Below, piece by piece: positions 1-10,485 of a stretch of DNA of 64,000 nt. The stretch lies in the NCBI GenBank assembly GCA_963716925.1, contig CAVQUX010000006.1:445388-509387 (forward strand), given 5' to 3'. The translations under genes were made by a program, and so were the position numbers. Under the pieces are notes generated by a model, which did no database searches, was not told the origin of the DNA, and was given only the letters and a program-made list of their open reading frames with translations. Each line of letters starts with the position of its first letter. Within the stretch, counting starts at the first letter, position 1. This stretch comes from an uncultured Acidobacteriota bacterium. GTDB lineage: Bacteria > Acidobacteriota > Vicinamibacteria > Marinacidobacterales > SMYC01.

Positions 1-1276
1 TGCCGACCCTCCCGGCGATGACCGTGTAGAGGTCGGGATCGTCCACCAGGTCGCCCAGGACCTCAGGGGCGGGTGAGGCGGTGTAGAGGCCGAGCGCCAC
101 CTGCTTTCCCGCTCCCGGACCGGTGACGGAATAGACGGTGACGGTGGCGTCCTCGTCCCCGCACCAGCTCTGGAACACGACGGAGTAGTCGCCGTCCGAG
201 CTGGTGTAGGTGTCGTGATGGAGCCCGCATCCGTCCGCCACTCGCACCATCACTTCGCGCGCGGGCGCGACCGAAGTGAACAGGTCCGAATACTCGTACT
301 GCGGCGCCTTGTCGTGTGCCGGCCCGCCCGGGTCGGCTCCCAGCACGCGGCGATCGTGGGTGATGGTTCCGTAGACGCGGTAGACGCCGGTGGGCTCCTG
401 GCAATAGGGCTTCACCGTTTCGGGATCGGCGTCGCAGTCGAGAGACCAGGCGAACTGCCGTGCTCCACCGACCGCGTGGTTCCCGGAAGCGGCGTCGTAG
501 ATGCCGACCTGGACGGAGAAGACCTTGTCTTCGGCGAGGTCGTGCTGCAACGTCAGCTCGAGCGGGTACTGACACAGGCCTGAGGCGCAGCTCGCTGGAC
601 GGCTGGTGTCGATGGGAACGGCGAAATGGCCGGAGGTCCCCACCTGGCTCAGTTCCAGCGAAGCGACGGCTGCGGGACCGAGCTTCGGCAGACCGATCTC
701 GATCTGAAGCCGGGTCCCTGCGGGGATGCCCCGGGAGTCGTCGAACAGCTTCGGCTCCGGCGGTCCGGGAATCCCTTTCAGGTCCGCCGCGAACCGTGCC
801 TCGCCGATCCGGATGCGGTCGTCGCGCCGGCGTCGCCTGTCCGGATCACGGGCCAGGAAGCTCGCCTGGGCGAGGATCACGCTCGCACGGCCCTCCGGCA
901 GGTATCGGATGTCGACGGACTGCGTCTTCCGGTTCCGGAACGAATCCAGGGCTGCGACACGCACCTCGTAGTCGCCGCTCGGCCGCCCGTTGTCCGGCGA
1001 GAGGCGGTATTCGATGCGGTATCCTCTTTCGAGCTCCACCACGCGCTCGGCGCCCGCGCGATAGACGGAATCGACCGCCGAGAAGTCGGCGCTGAGGCGG
1101 AGCCCCGGCTCCGCGCTCACGTGGAGCACGACCGAGTCGCCCCTTTCGTACCAGGGCCTGGAGGTCGCGACCGAATCGATCGTCACTCGTTCCGCCATCG
1201 GCCGCGTCGCGAGCGTGGCGGGAGACGCCGACACCGGCAGCAGTGAGAGGAAAAAAAGGCCAGCCATCCGTTTCAT
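1..1276 (-). CDS. secreted hypothetical protein (C-terminal end outside window)
   Basis: Absent from the supplied ORF track because there is no stop inside the window. The reverse-strand ATG at 1276-1274 gives MKRMAGLFFLSLLPVSASPATLA, which looks like a signal peptide. My spot translations at about 1200, 900, 600 and 60 stay open and protein-like (PASCASGLCQYPLELTLQH; LGDLVDDPDLYTVIAGRVG). Confidence 0.55.
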   Translation of the reverse strand, partial: MKRMAGLFFLSLLPVSASPATLATRPMAERVTIDSVATSRPWYERGDSVVLHVSAEPGLRLSADFSAVDSVYRAGAERVVELERGYRIEYRLSPDNGRPSGDYEVRVAALDSFRNRKTQSVDIRYLPEGRASVILAQASFLARDPDRRRRRDDRIRIGEARFAADLKGIPGPPEPKLFDDSRGIPAGTRLQIEIGLPKLGPAAVASLELSQVGTSGHFAVPIDTSRPASCASGLCQYPLELTLQHDLAEDKVFSVQVGIYDAASGNHAVGGARQFAWSLDCDADPETVKPYCQEPTGVYRVYGTITHDRRVLGADPGGPAHDKAPQYEYSDLFTSVAPAREVMVRVADGCGLHHDTYTSSDGDYSVVFQSWCGDEDATVTVYSVTGPGAGKQVALGLYTASPAPEVLGDLVDDPDLYTVIAGRVG

Positions 1277-1516
1277 GCCGCAATCCTCCTTGGCGCGAGC
1301 GCCCGACGATTTGGGGGTCGCTCAAGGAACGAAACCACGGGCGGATTCCCCTCACGTTCCCGGTGAATTCTTTTCATTCGCCGAGGGTGATGCCGATGGC
1401 CGGATACTCCCGCCAGAACGCATGGGACAGGAGGGCATAAATCAAGCTCTGGAACCCTGGCGCCGGCTCCGGTGTCGAACCCAGGGAGAACGAACGAGCC
1501 TAGAGGAGTCGCGCCG

Positions 1517-2191
1517 ATGACGAGAGAGAGACTGTTTGGCTGGGTGAGCTCCGTGGCCCTTCAGGTTTTCGCGCTGGGAGCGCTCGGAGTCTCGCCGCTC
1601 TGGAGATACGACGACTTGCCGACACCGCACAACGCCGTCCCGCTCCGCGCCTACGTGCGGGTCATCGAGACGCCGAAGGCTCCCGTCGAGCGCAGAGCCG
1701 CCGCGCGCGGCCGGTCGAAGCCGGATGTCTCCCGCGTCTTCACGGATTTCGTCGCTCCCGTGGCGATTCCGGATGAGATCGCCGAAGACCCGGGATTCTC
1801 TGGCGAGAGCACCGAAGGCGATCCGCTCGGAGTCCCTTTCGGAATCCCCGGCTCGCCGACGGAGGCGCCGCCGGTCGCGATTCGGCGACCGCCTCCTCCG
1901 GATCCCTTGCGCGTGGGAGGCAGCGTCGTCGCGCCGAGAAAGAGGCACAACGTCAACCCGACCTACCCCCCGGTCGCGGCCGCGGCGCGAGTTCAGGGAA
2001 CGGTGATCCTCGAGGCCACCATCGACGAGGACGGGAACGTCGTGAACCTGAGCGTCCTTCGATCGGTGCCGCTCCTGGACGGGGCGGCGCTCGAGGCAGT
2101 CCGTCAGTGGAAGTACGAACCGACTCTCCTCAACGGGAGCCCGGTCCCCATCCTGATGTCGGTCAGCGTCCGCTTCGAGCTCGGCCGCTGA
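1517..2191 (+). CDS. energy transducer TonB family protein
   Basis: ATG at 1517 with GGAG 8 nt upstream. N-terminal TM (LFGWVSSVALQVFALGALGV), Pro-rich linker (RRPPPPDP) and a TonB C-terminal domain pattern (NPTYPPVAAAARVQGTVILEATIDEDGNV...YEPTLLNGSPVPI). Confidence 0.85.
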   Translation: MTRERLFGWVSSVALQVFALGALGVSPLWRYDDLPTPHNAVPLRAYVRVIETPKAPVERRAAARGRSKPDVSRVFTDFVAPVAIPDEIAEDPGFSGESTEGDPLGVPFGIPGSPTEAPPVAIRRPPPPDPLRVGGSVVAPRKRHNVNPTYPPVAAAARVQGTVILEATIDEDGNVVNLSVLRSVPLLDGAALEAVRQWKYEPTLLNGSPVPILMSVSVRFELGR

Positions 2192-2624
2192 CGCGCGGAA
2201 GGGCGAGGGCGCGCTCCTGGGCCCGCGCGAGGAGATCGGGCCCTCCTTCCTGATAGAAGACGTCGAGACGGATGCTGGAGATCCTGAAGCCGCCGTCCCG
2301 CCTCGTGAGCGCGATCCGATAGTGACCCGCGACCATCCAGACGGATCCCTCGAGGTAGTGATAGGCGCGCACGTGGGTCTCGACCGCGGCGGCATCCCGC
2401 CCCCGTTCTTCGATCCGGAGCGGGCCCAGGAGGTGCTGGGTCGCGTCGAACCCGGGAACGATACCCTGCCACGACTCGATGAGCTCGTCGCGCGTGGGAT
2501 GGGCGGCCTCCCCTCCGAAGAGCGATGTGTAGTCGACCTCGATTCGATCGTCGAGCGCGGATCTCACCCCGTCCCAGTCGAGGGCGTCGATGGCGTGGAA
2601 CAGGTCGAGGATCGTCGTTTCCAT
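2163..2624 (-). CDS. SnoaL/NTF2-like fold protein
   Basis: 153-aa ORF with NTF2-like sequence character (LFHAIDALDWDGVRSAL..., HYRIALTRRDGGFRISSIRLD). Convergent with TonB. Confidence 0.55.
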   Translation of the reverse strand: METTILDLFHAIDALDWDGVRSALDDRIEVDYTSLFGGEAAHPTRDELIESWQGIVPGFDATQHLLGPLRIEERGRDAAAVETHVRAYHYLEGSVWMVAGHYRIALTRRDGGFRISSIRLDVFYQEGGPDLLARAQERALALPRVSGRARSGR

Positions 2625-2658
2625 TGGATTATAGTAGCGGGGAACAGGAGGCGATGCG

Positions 2659-5600
2659 ATGAAGGATCGAGGCTTCTTTCTTGCGCTTTCGATCGCGGGA
2701 GTCTTGTCGTTCGCTCACGACGCACCGGCCCAGGTCACCGGCTCGATCTTCGGAGTCGTGAGGGACGCGAGCGGCGGTGTCCTTCCGGGAGCCACGGTGA
2801 CCGCGACGAGCCCGGCGCTGCAGCGGGAGAGCGTTTCCACGGTCACCAACGAGGCGGGGGCGTACCGCATCTCGCTCCTGCCGGCAGGTCTCTACGCGGT
2901 TCGCGTCGAGCTCGCGGGGTTCAACCCGCTGAGCCGCACGGAAATCCCCGTGGCGGTGAACCAGGAAGTCGCGCTCGATCTGACGCTCGACGTCGCCGCG
3001 GTCACCGAGACGGTCGAGGTCACGGCGGCGAGTCCCCTGGTCGAGCCCACACGCGCCGACCTCAGCTCCCGCGTGGGAACCCAGACCATCGACGCTTTGC
3101 CTCTCAACGGCCGGAACTTCGAGGATCTCATCGCCCTCGTGCCCGGGACGAAATCCCTCCCCTCCAACCAGCAAGGGGAGGAGGTCTCCATTTTCGGCGA
3201 GCGGGGCTCGTCGATCTCGTACGTCGTGGACGGGGCGGACAACAACGATCCCTTGAACGGCGGGGCGTTCCAGAGGTTCACCCAGGATTCGATCCAGGAG
3301 TTCGAGGTCATCACCACCGGCTACGAGGCGGAGTTCGGCCGCGCCCAGGGAGGCGTCATCAACATCATCACCCGCTCGGGCACGAACGAGTTCTCGGGGA
3401 GCGCCTTCGGATTCTTCCGCGACGATTCGCTGGACTCGTCGAACGTCGAGGGGCAGGAGCCGCCGACCCTGGAGCGCCAGCAGTGGGGCGGGACCCTGGG
3501 CGGTCCGATCGTATCGGACAAGGCGTTCTTCTTCGGCTCGTTCGAGGTCCTGGACGAGACCCGCGGGGTGAACATCGACCGGGCGCAGATCCCCGGCTTC
3601 GTGCAGGAAGGGCTGGCGACGCCCTCCGGCGTCGAAGACTTCGCCCTCGGGCCCAAGACCGACGGATTCACAGGACTCGCCAAGCTCGATTGGAACCTGA
3701 ACCAGGAGAACCGTCTCACGTTCTCCGTGAACCGCTCGAGCGACGACGTGGGCGGGGAGATCAGCTCCCCCATCGCCGGCACCATCGCGCTTCCGAGCGC
3801 CGAGCGCACCGAGCTCCGGGAATCGACGAGCTTCTCCGCCAGGGAGACCTGGACGATCTCGAGCGACAGTTTCCTCGAGACCAACTTCAAGCTCATCGAC
3901 GGCCGCAGCGGGAACAACCTCGAGCGCGACCAGCGCCTCGAGCCGATCCTGACCCTGCTGCGGAGCGGGTTTCTCCAGACGGCCGCGCCCTTCGGAGGCA
4001 AGTTCGAGCGGAACCTCGATCGAACGCAGCTCGGGCAGGCTTTCACCCTCTTCCGCGACCAGTTGCGGGGCGATCACCAATTCAAGCTCGGGTGGGACTG
4101 GACCCGCTCCGACCTCACGGGCTTCAACGAGGTCACGAACGACGTCGAGTACTCGGCGGCGTTTCTCGCTCCCAACGCGGCCGACATCCAGGGAGCGCTC
4201 TTCGAGCGGTTCGGCTTCGAGCAATCCGCCGCCCGGTTCTTCACCCTTTCCGCGAATCCCGACGGAAGTCTGGACCTCGACATGACGGACAACGGGATTG
4301 GCCTGTACGGACAGGACGAGTGGCGGCCCCGCCCGGACCTCACGCTGAACCTCGGGCTCCGCTACGACTGGTCGAGCCTCTTCGGCGACGACAAGAACAA
4401 CCTGGCGCCGAGGCTCGGCTTCGCCTGGGATCTCGGGGGCGGAGCACGAGACGATCCTCAAGGCGAACTTCGGGATCTTCTTCGACCGGAACCTCCTGAG
4501 CGCGGCGGCGACGGTGCCCGAGCTCGGCGGCATCTTCACCCGGTCCGCGTTCGACGTCGCCCTCCCCCGCCTCGGTGTGGACTACAGCGACTCGCTCATC
4601 GATCTGGTGATCACCTCGGGCTTTCCCGCCGGCGGAGGGGCGCGGACCCCGGCGGAGAACCCCGCGTACCGGCAGTTCGCGGAGGACCTGCGCTCGAATC
4701 CCCTCGCGCTCTACCAGCTCCTCGGAATCCCCGTCGCCGACCCCGCTCTTCCTCCGGTGGTCACCGCCGACAACATCCAGGCGCCTGAGCGGACTCTCCG
4801 CGGCGCAGGCGGTCAATCTCCTGGAAACGACCTATCCCGGAACCGACTGGGAGTTCTTCGACGTTCCCGGGGGCTCGATCGTGGGCGACGGCGTGCTCTC
4901 CTTCTTCCCCCGCGGCCCGCTCGCCTTCAGCCGCGACCTGTCGGTCTACTCCGAAGCGAAGACCCCCTGGACGCGGGCGTTCACCATCGGAATCGATCGA
5001 CAGCTGACGAGCGACATGAGCCTTTCCGTGAGCTACGTGCACCGGAGGAGCCGGGACCTTCTGACGCGGCGCATCACCAACCTGTACGACGTGTCTCCGG
5101 GCGACCCCAATTTCGGACAGACCACCGACGGCGGACCGCGCCTCAGCCAGGTGACCTACGACGGAAGGATCGACTACGACGGCGTCGTGATAGCGCTCCG
5201 CAAGCGCTTCAGCGAGCGATACACCTTCGGAGTCTCGTACACGGGATCGAGAGCGTACGACAACCTCCTCACCGGCGCCGCGGGGTCCGGCTTCAGCGAC
5301 AACAACGACCCCGAGGCCGACTGGGGTCCGTCGAATCTCTCGGCGCCGAACATTTTCGTGACCAACGGCGCCGTCACCGTTCCCTTCGACATCAACGTCA
5401 GCGGCATCGTGAGCTGGCAGAGCGGAGCCGCCTTCAACCCGCGAGGTATCACCGACCAGGACGGCGACGGGCTCGTCGACCAGAGGGACGTGAGCGTTCC
5501 CCGGAACGACTTCCGGACCGACCCGTTCTTCAACATCGATATGAGGGTCGAGAAGGTCTTCCGGGTCGGGAACGACCACTCGTTCGGGATCCTCTTCGAG

Positions 5601-5732
5601 GCGTTCAATCTCACGAACCAGGCGAACGTGCTGAACGTGAACGCGGTCTCCGGACCCGATTTCGGGACCCCGGTAGCCTACTTCCCCGGACGCGAGATCC
5701 AGATCGGCGTGCGGTACCTCTTCGGGCGCTGA
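2659..5732 (+). CDS. TonB-dependent receptor with carboxypeptidase-regulatory-like N-terminal domain (frame interrupted twice)
   Basis: AGGAGG upstream of ATG 2659 and a signal peptide. N-terminus reads GSIFGVVRDASGGVLPGATVTATS...YRISLLPAGLY. Plug region is LNGRNFEDLIALVPG and the C-terminal barrel ends IQIGVRYLFGR. Three track ORFs (2659.., 4514.., 4881..) join into one protein across shifts at about 4438 (G5 run) and about 4783. Confidence 0.85.
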
Positions 5733-5736
5733 CGAC

Positions 5737-6990
5737 GTGGACCCGAGGGAAGCCATTCGGCGGGAAGTCGAGAGCGCCCGGGACGAGATCGTCGACTTCA
5801 CGGCGGAGCTCGTCCGGGTCCCGAGCGTCAATCCGCCCGGAGACGCCTATCGAGAAGCGGCGGAGGCACTCGGCCGGAAGCTCGACGCGTTCGGTTTCGA
5901 GGTCGAGTATCCGATAGCCGTTGGTTATCCCGAGCACACGGAGGCGTACCCGCGGGTGAACGTCGTCGGGCTTCGGCGGGGCAAGGAGCCGCGGCCCCTG
6001 GTCCATTTGAACGGCCACATCGACGTCGTCCCCGCCGGGGATGGATGGACGATGGACCCCTTCGGGGGCGCCGTCCGCGACGGGCGCATCTACGGCCGCG
6101 GCACTGCGGACATGAAAGCGGGAGTCGCGGCGGCGGTCTATGCCGCGGAGTGCGTCAAGCGCGCGGGAGTCGAGCTCGGCGGGAGCGTCGAGGTGAGCGG
6201 GACCGTCGACGAGGAGAGCGGCGGCTTCGCCGGTGCGGCGTTCCTCTGCGAGACGGGCCGCCTCACCCGCGACCGGGTCGACTACGTCATCATCCCCGAG
6301 CCCCTCGGCGTCGATCGCGTCTGCGTGGGCCACCGCGGCGTCTACTGGTTCGAGGTGACGGCGCACGGCCGGGTGGCGCACGGGAGCATGCCGTTTCTGG
6401 GGGTGAGCGCCATCGAGCGGATGGGCCGGCTGCTCGAGTCGGTCCGGACCGGGCTCCTGCCGGCGCTCGCGGCGCGAACCACGCGAGTCCCGGTCGTCCC
6501 CGAGGGCGCCCGCAAGGCGACGCTCAACGTGAACTCGATCCTCGGAGGCCAGGCGGGGAAGACTCCTCAGACTCCCTGCGTCGCCGACCGCTGCTCCGCG
6601 GTCTTCGATCGCAGGTTCCTTCTCGAGGAGGGCTTCGAGGCGACGAAGAAGGAAATCGAGGCGCTCCTCGAAAAAGCGGGCGAGGGCTTCGAGCTCCACG
6701 ACATGATGGTGGTCCACCCCGTCCAGACTCCGGAGCACTCGCCCCTGATTGCGGCTCTCGAGAAGACCATCCCGGAAGTTCTCGGCCGCAGGGCCACGCG
6801 GATCGCGAGCCCTGGAACTTACGACCACAAGCACGTGACCCGGATCGGCGGCATCGAGGACTGCGTCGCTTACGGCCCCGGAATCCTGGAGCTGGCGCAT
6901 CAGATCGACGAGTACTGCGACGTCGACGACCTCGTGCGGTCCACCGAGGTGCTCGCGCTGACGCTGGTCGATCTCCTCGGGTCGGGCTGA
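5737..6990 (+). CDS. M20 family metallopeptidase (ArgE/DapE-type deacylase)
   Basis: 417-aa ORF with motifs HLNGHIDVVP, GRGTADMKAG, DEESGG and AHQIDEY, typical of the ArgE/DapE/CPG2 family. Confidence 0.85.
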   Translation: MDPREAIRREVESARDEIVDFTAELVRVPSVNPPGDAYREAAEALGRKLDAFGFEVEYPIAVGYPEHTEAYPRVNVVGLRRGKEPRPLVHLNGHIDVVPAGDGWTMDPFGGAVRDGRIYGRGTADMKAGVAAAVYAAECVKRAGVELGGSVEVSGTVDEESGGFAGAAFLCETGRLTRDRVDYVIIPEPLGVDRVCVGHRGVYWFEVTAHGRVAHGSMPFLGVSAIERMGRLLESVRTGLLPALAARTTRVPVVPEGARKATLNVNSILGGQAGKTPQTPCVADRCSAVFDRRFLLEEGFEATKKEIEALLEKAGEGFELHDMMVVHPVQTPEHSPLIAALEKTIPEVLGRRATRIASPGTYDHKHVTRIGGIEDCVAYGPGILELAHQIDEYCDVDDLVRSTEVLALTLVDLLGSG

Positions 6991-7042
6991 TTTGCGCTAA
7001 TCTGGAATCGGATTCCAGCGCGCCAAAAAACCAGGAGTATCG

Positions 7043-7879
7043 ATGAGCGAGACGGAGAAGACCCCGCGCATACTGCCGCTCGTCTTGACGATCGTGTTCC
7101 TTCTCGTCGCCTCCGGCCTCGGGTATCTGGGGCTGAAAGTTCTGGATCGGCTCGATGCGATCGAAAGCCAGGTGACGGCTCTGGGAGAAGAAGCGTCGCG
7201 GGCGGCCACCGCTTCGAGCGAAGCGCTCGAGCAGGCTCGACGCGCGGAAGATTCGGCGCGGGCTGCGGCCGAGGGCCGGGAGATCGCAGAGAAGGATAGC
7301 GCTCTCGCGCAGGAAACCGCGGCCACGGCGCAGGAAGAGGCGGCGAGCGCGCAGGAGCAGGCGAAGAGCGCTCGCGAAGAGGCCGATGCGGCCAAGGCGG
7401 AAGCGGATCGCATCCGGCAGGAAGCGGAAGCGGAGCTCACTCGTCTCGAGGAAGCGCTCAGCAAGGTGGTCGAGACCCGGAGGACGGCGCTCGGCCTGGT
7501 GTTGAATCTCGGCGAGGACTCCATCAAGTTCGACTTCGACGAGGCCGAGCTCAAGCCGAAGGAGCGGGAGCTCCTGAGCCGGATCGCCGGAATCCTCCTC
7601 ACGTCGTCGGACTACACCGTGAGCGTGAACGGCCATACCGACGACGTGGGCACCGAGGACTACAACCAGAAGCTCTCGGAGCGCCGCGCGGAAGTCGTGC
7701 ACCGCTATCTCCTCGAGGCGGGCGTTCCCGGCGAGATCATGACCGTCACCGGCTGGGGGAAGACGAAGCCTCGGGTGGAGGGCACTTCCGAAGAGGCGCG
7801 GGCGAAGAATCGCCGCGTGGAGCTCGGGATCGTGAACAGCCGGGTGAACTACCGGCCCACGGCCTTCGACAACCGGTAG
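7043..7879 (+). CDS. OmpA family protein with N-terminal TM and coiled coil
   Basis: TM LPLVLTIVFLLVASGLGYLGL, a long Ala/Glu-rich helix, and a C-terminal OmpA-like domain (FDFDEAELKP...GHTDDVGTEDYNQKLSERRA...NRRVEL). Confidence 0.85.
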   Translation: MSETEKTPRILPLVLTIVFLLVASGLGYLGLKVLDRLDAIESQVTALGEEASRAATASSEALEQARRAEDSARAAAEGREIAEKDSALAQETAATAQEEAASAQEQAKSAREEADAAKAEADRIRQEAEAELTRLEEALSKVVETRRTALGLVLNLGEDSIKFDFDEAELKPKERELLSRIAGILLTSSDYTVSVNGHTDDVGTEDYNQKLSERRAEVVHRYLLEAGVPGEIMTVTGWGKTKPRVEGTSEEARAKNRRVELGIVNSRVNYRPTAFDNR

Positions 7880-10485
7880 AGGTCGGCCAGGAGGTCGGCC
7901 ATGCGCGGATAGCGCGCTTCCGGGGCCTTTCGCATCGCTCTCTGGATGATGGCCTCGAGCTCCGGGGGTATCTTCGGGTTTACGGCGCGGGGCGCTTTGG
8001 GCTCTTCCTGGATGTGCTTCATCGCGATCGCGATGGGCGACTCACCCCGGAACGGAAGGGCGCCGGTGAACATCTCGTAGAGCACCACTCCAAACGAATA
8101 GACGTCGCTCCGGTGGTCCAGATCCGCCTTACCCATCGCCTGCTCGGGCGACATGTAGTCGGGGGTCCCCATGATGATGCCCGTCTGGGTCATCCCCGAT
8201 CGCTCCGATTTCGTCGTGTCGCGCACGATGCCGAAGTCCATGATCTTCACGTCGCTCTGCGGCGTGAGCATGATGTTGTGGGGCTTCACGTCCCGGTGGA
8301 CGACCCCCATGTCGTGGGCGGCGACCAGACCCGCGGCGGCCTGTTTCGCGATCGAAAGCCCCACTCCCAGCGGAAGAGCTCCCTTCGATCGGAAGAGCTG
8401 CTTCAAGGTCATCCCCTGGATGAACTCCATGCTGATGAACTTGATGCCGTCGGCATCGCCGAAATCGTAGGTCCGGACCACGTTGCGATGGGCGATGCGT
8501 CGGGCAACTCGAATCTCGGTCTTGAACCGCTCGAGGATCTGGGGATCCATGCTGGCGATCTCCGGCCTCAGGATCTTCAGAGCCACGGGCTCGTCGAGGT
8601 CGCGGTCGTGCGCCTGGAATACCATGCCCATGCCTCCGCTTCCGAGGACCCGCCGGATCTCGTACCGCCGTCCGAGGACCGTGCCGGGCTCGAGCGAGGA
8701 GAGAGTGAGAGCGGCTTTCTCGCTCACGCCTTCGACCAGCGTCGCGGCGCTGGTCCCGGATGCTCCGGACGCCGTTCGCGCCGATGCGATCTGCTGCTGG
8801 CGGATGGTTCCGGTCGAAAGGCTGTAGACGGGCACGGCCTCGTCGATGCCCTGGAGCTTCAGGGGAGGAAGCGCTTCGGCAGAGGCGCGATCCTGGACCT
8901 TGGCGTAGGCTTCGTGCGAGAGGAGCACGTCACCGGGAAGGGCTTCGTCGGCGAGCCTCCCCGCGACGTGCACTGCGCGGCCGAGGAGGCTGTAGTCGAG
9001 GCGGTTCGAGCTCCCCACGGCGCCGAAGACCGCGTCTCCGGTGGAAACTCCGATGCCGGGAACGAGGGCCGCCTTGTCGCCGTCGGAGTCGAGCAGATGC
9101 TGGATGGATATGGCGCAGCGAATCGCCGGCCACACCTTGTCCTCTCCCTTGAAGATCGCCATCATGCGATCGCCGACGAACTTGTCCACCTGCCCGCCAT
9201 AGCGCTCCACCAGCTCCGCCTGGCGGCTCAGCGAGTGGTTCACCCGGCGGAGGACCTCCTTTGGATCCTCGCTTCCCTCTTTGAAGGAGGCGTGGGCCTT
9301 GAGATCCGAGAACAGGACGGTGACCGGACGTCTCTCGCCCGTCCCGGCGACACCGGGGTCCGTCTTCTGGATCATCTCCGCCGCGGACTTGGAGAGGAAC
9401 TTCTCCATGACCTGTTTTTCCCGGAGCTCGCCCAGCAGAGATCGAAACGCCGACGCCAGGGCCCCGATCTCGCCTCCGGCAGGCGCGTCGACGTCGCTCG
9501 AGTAGTCGCCCTCGCGGATCCGATCGGTGACGGTGACGAGCTTTCGGAGGGGACGCGCGATGCCGCTCGCGAGGAAATGGCTCGCCCCGACCGCGACGGC
9601 AATCCCCAGGATCCCTACCAGCAGGACGCTTCTCTGGAAGCTGCGGAACGCGGCGAGCTCCCGGTCGCGCGAGCGGAGCGCGGCGAAGAGACCGACGGGC
9701 TCGCCGTCTTCCGCCATGGTGAGCGGCACGAAAATCGCCTGGAACGTCTCCCCCTGGAGAGGCAGGCGCACGTCCTCGGACTCTCCCGGCATCGACGCCG
9801 TAGCCAGCCAGTCCCGGAGTGCTTCCGTGCTCCCGGCGAGCGTGGTGCCGGTTTCCCGGTAACCGGCCTCGGTCTTCGCGAAGAACACCACCTCGCAGTC
9901 GGCGAAGTGCTTGATGTCCTTCGCCAGCTCGTCGTCGATCTCGTAACCGGTGACCACGGCGCCCAGAATCTCGTCCCCCACGGCGAACGGAACCGAGACC
10001 GCGTGGTAGAGACGGTCCTCCTCCCTCCACACGCCTCCGAAGCTCTCCCCCTGGATGGCCTTTCCCACGAGCGGTGTCCCGGAGAGGTCCACCCCGGTGA
10101 GCGCGGGAAGGTCGGTGCGAGCGACGATCCTTCCGTTCACGTCGGTGACGATCATGAAGTCGCTTCCCACCTGCTCCACCATGGACTGAGCCGAGTCGAG
10201 AGTGGTGGCGGCATCCATCTCGGCGACCGCGGCCTTGAAGTAGGGGCTCTCGACGATGACCGAGTTGATGAGCTGCAGCTTCTCGAGCCGATCGGCCTCG
10301 AGGTTCTCGTAGAGCTCGCGGGTGGAGGTGAGAGCGACCCTCAGGGAATCCTGGGCGAGCTGGCTCGCGCGCCGGTAGGAGAACCAGAGAAGGGCGCTGG
10401 TGAGGCCTACCACCAGCAGAAGCGAGACCAGGAAGATCTTGGCCTGGAGGCCGAGCCTCGACCAGAAGGAGTCAGTACTTTTCAC
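7849..10485 (-). CDS. membrane sensor fusion: Cache-like periplasmic domain, HAMP, class III nucleotidyl cyclase domain and Ser/Thr protein kinase
   Basis: 878-aa ORF with two TMs flanking a sensor region of about 270 aa. A HAMP-like linker reads RPLRKLVTVTDRIREGDYS. Cyclase motifs are VTVLFSDL, DKFVGDRMMAIF and LLGRAVHVAGRL. Hanks kinase motifs are GSGGMGMVF, VALK, HRDVKPHN, DFG and MSPE. Confidence 0.85.
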   Translation of the reverse strand: MKSTDSFWSRLGLQAKIFLVSLLLVVGLTSALLWFSYRRASQLAQDSLRVALTSTRELYENLEADRLEKLQLINSVIVESPYFKAAVAEMDAATTLDSAQSMVEQVGSDFMIVTDVNGRIVARTDLPALTGVDLSGTPLVGKAIQGESFGGVWREEDRLYHAVSVPFAVGDEILGAVVTGYEIDDELAKDIKHFADCEVVFFAKTEAGYRETGTTLAGSTEALRDWLATASMPGESEDVRLPLQGETFQAIFVPLTMAEDGEPVGLFAALRSRDRELAAFRSFQRSVLLVGILGIAVAVGASHFLASGIARPLRKLVTVTDRIREGDYSSDVDAPAGGEIGALASAFRSLLGELREKQVMEKFLSKSAAEMIQKTDPGVAGTGERRPVTVLFSDLKAHASFKEGSEDPKEVLRRVNHSLSRQAELVERYGGQVDKFVGDRMMAIFKGEDKVWPAIRCAISIQHLLDSDGDKAALVPGIGVSTGDAVFGAVGSSNRLDYSLLGRAVHVAGRLADEALPGDVLLSHEAYAKVQDRASAEALPPLKLQGIDEAVPVYSLSTGTIRQQQIASARTASGASGTSAATLVEGVSEKAALTLSSLEPGTVLGRRYEIRRVLGSGGMGMVFQAHDRDLDEPVALKILRPEIASMDPQILERFKTEIRVARRIAHRNVVRTYDFGDADGIKFISMEFIQGMTLKQLFRSKGALPLGVGLSIAKQAAAGLVAAHDMGVVHRDVKPHNIMLTPQSDVKIMDFGIVRDTTKSERSGMTQTGIIMGTPDYMSPEQAMGKADLDHRSDVYSFGVVLYEMFTGALPFRGESPIAIAMKHIQEEPKAPRAVNPKIPPELEAIIQRAMRKAPEARYPRMADLLADLYRLSKAVGR

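Noticed and set aside
2322-4539. Long ORFs of 725 aa (+) and 636 aa (-) overlapping the TonB-dependent receptor.
   Set aside because: They have extreme Arg/Pro/Gly/Glu composition and no recognisable motifs. They lie in alternative or antisense frames of a clearly conserved gene, so they are typical shadow ORFs of GC-rich DNA. The same reasoning applies to 8014..10539 (+), 8930..10030 (-), 14187..15716 (-), 27632..29212 (+), 27699..29225 (-), 30240..31904 (+), 31965..33836 (-), 34418..36214 (+), 36036..37178 (+), 43190..44866 (+) and similar track entries.
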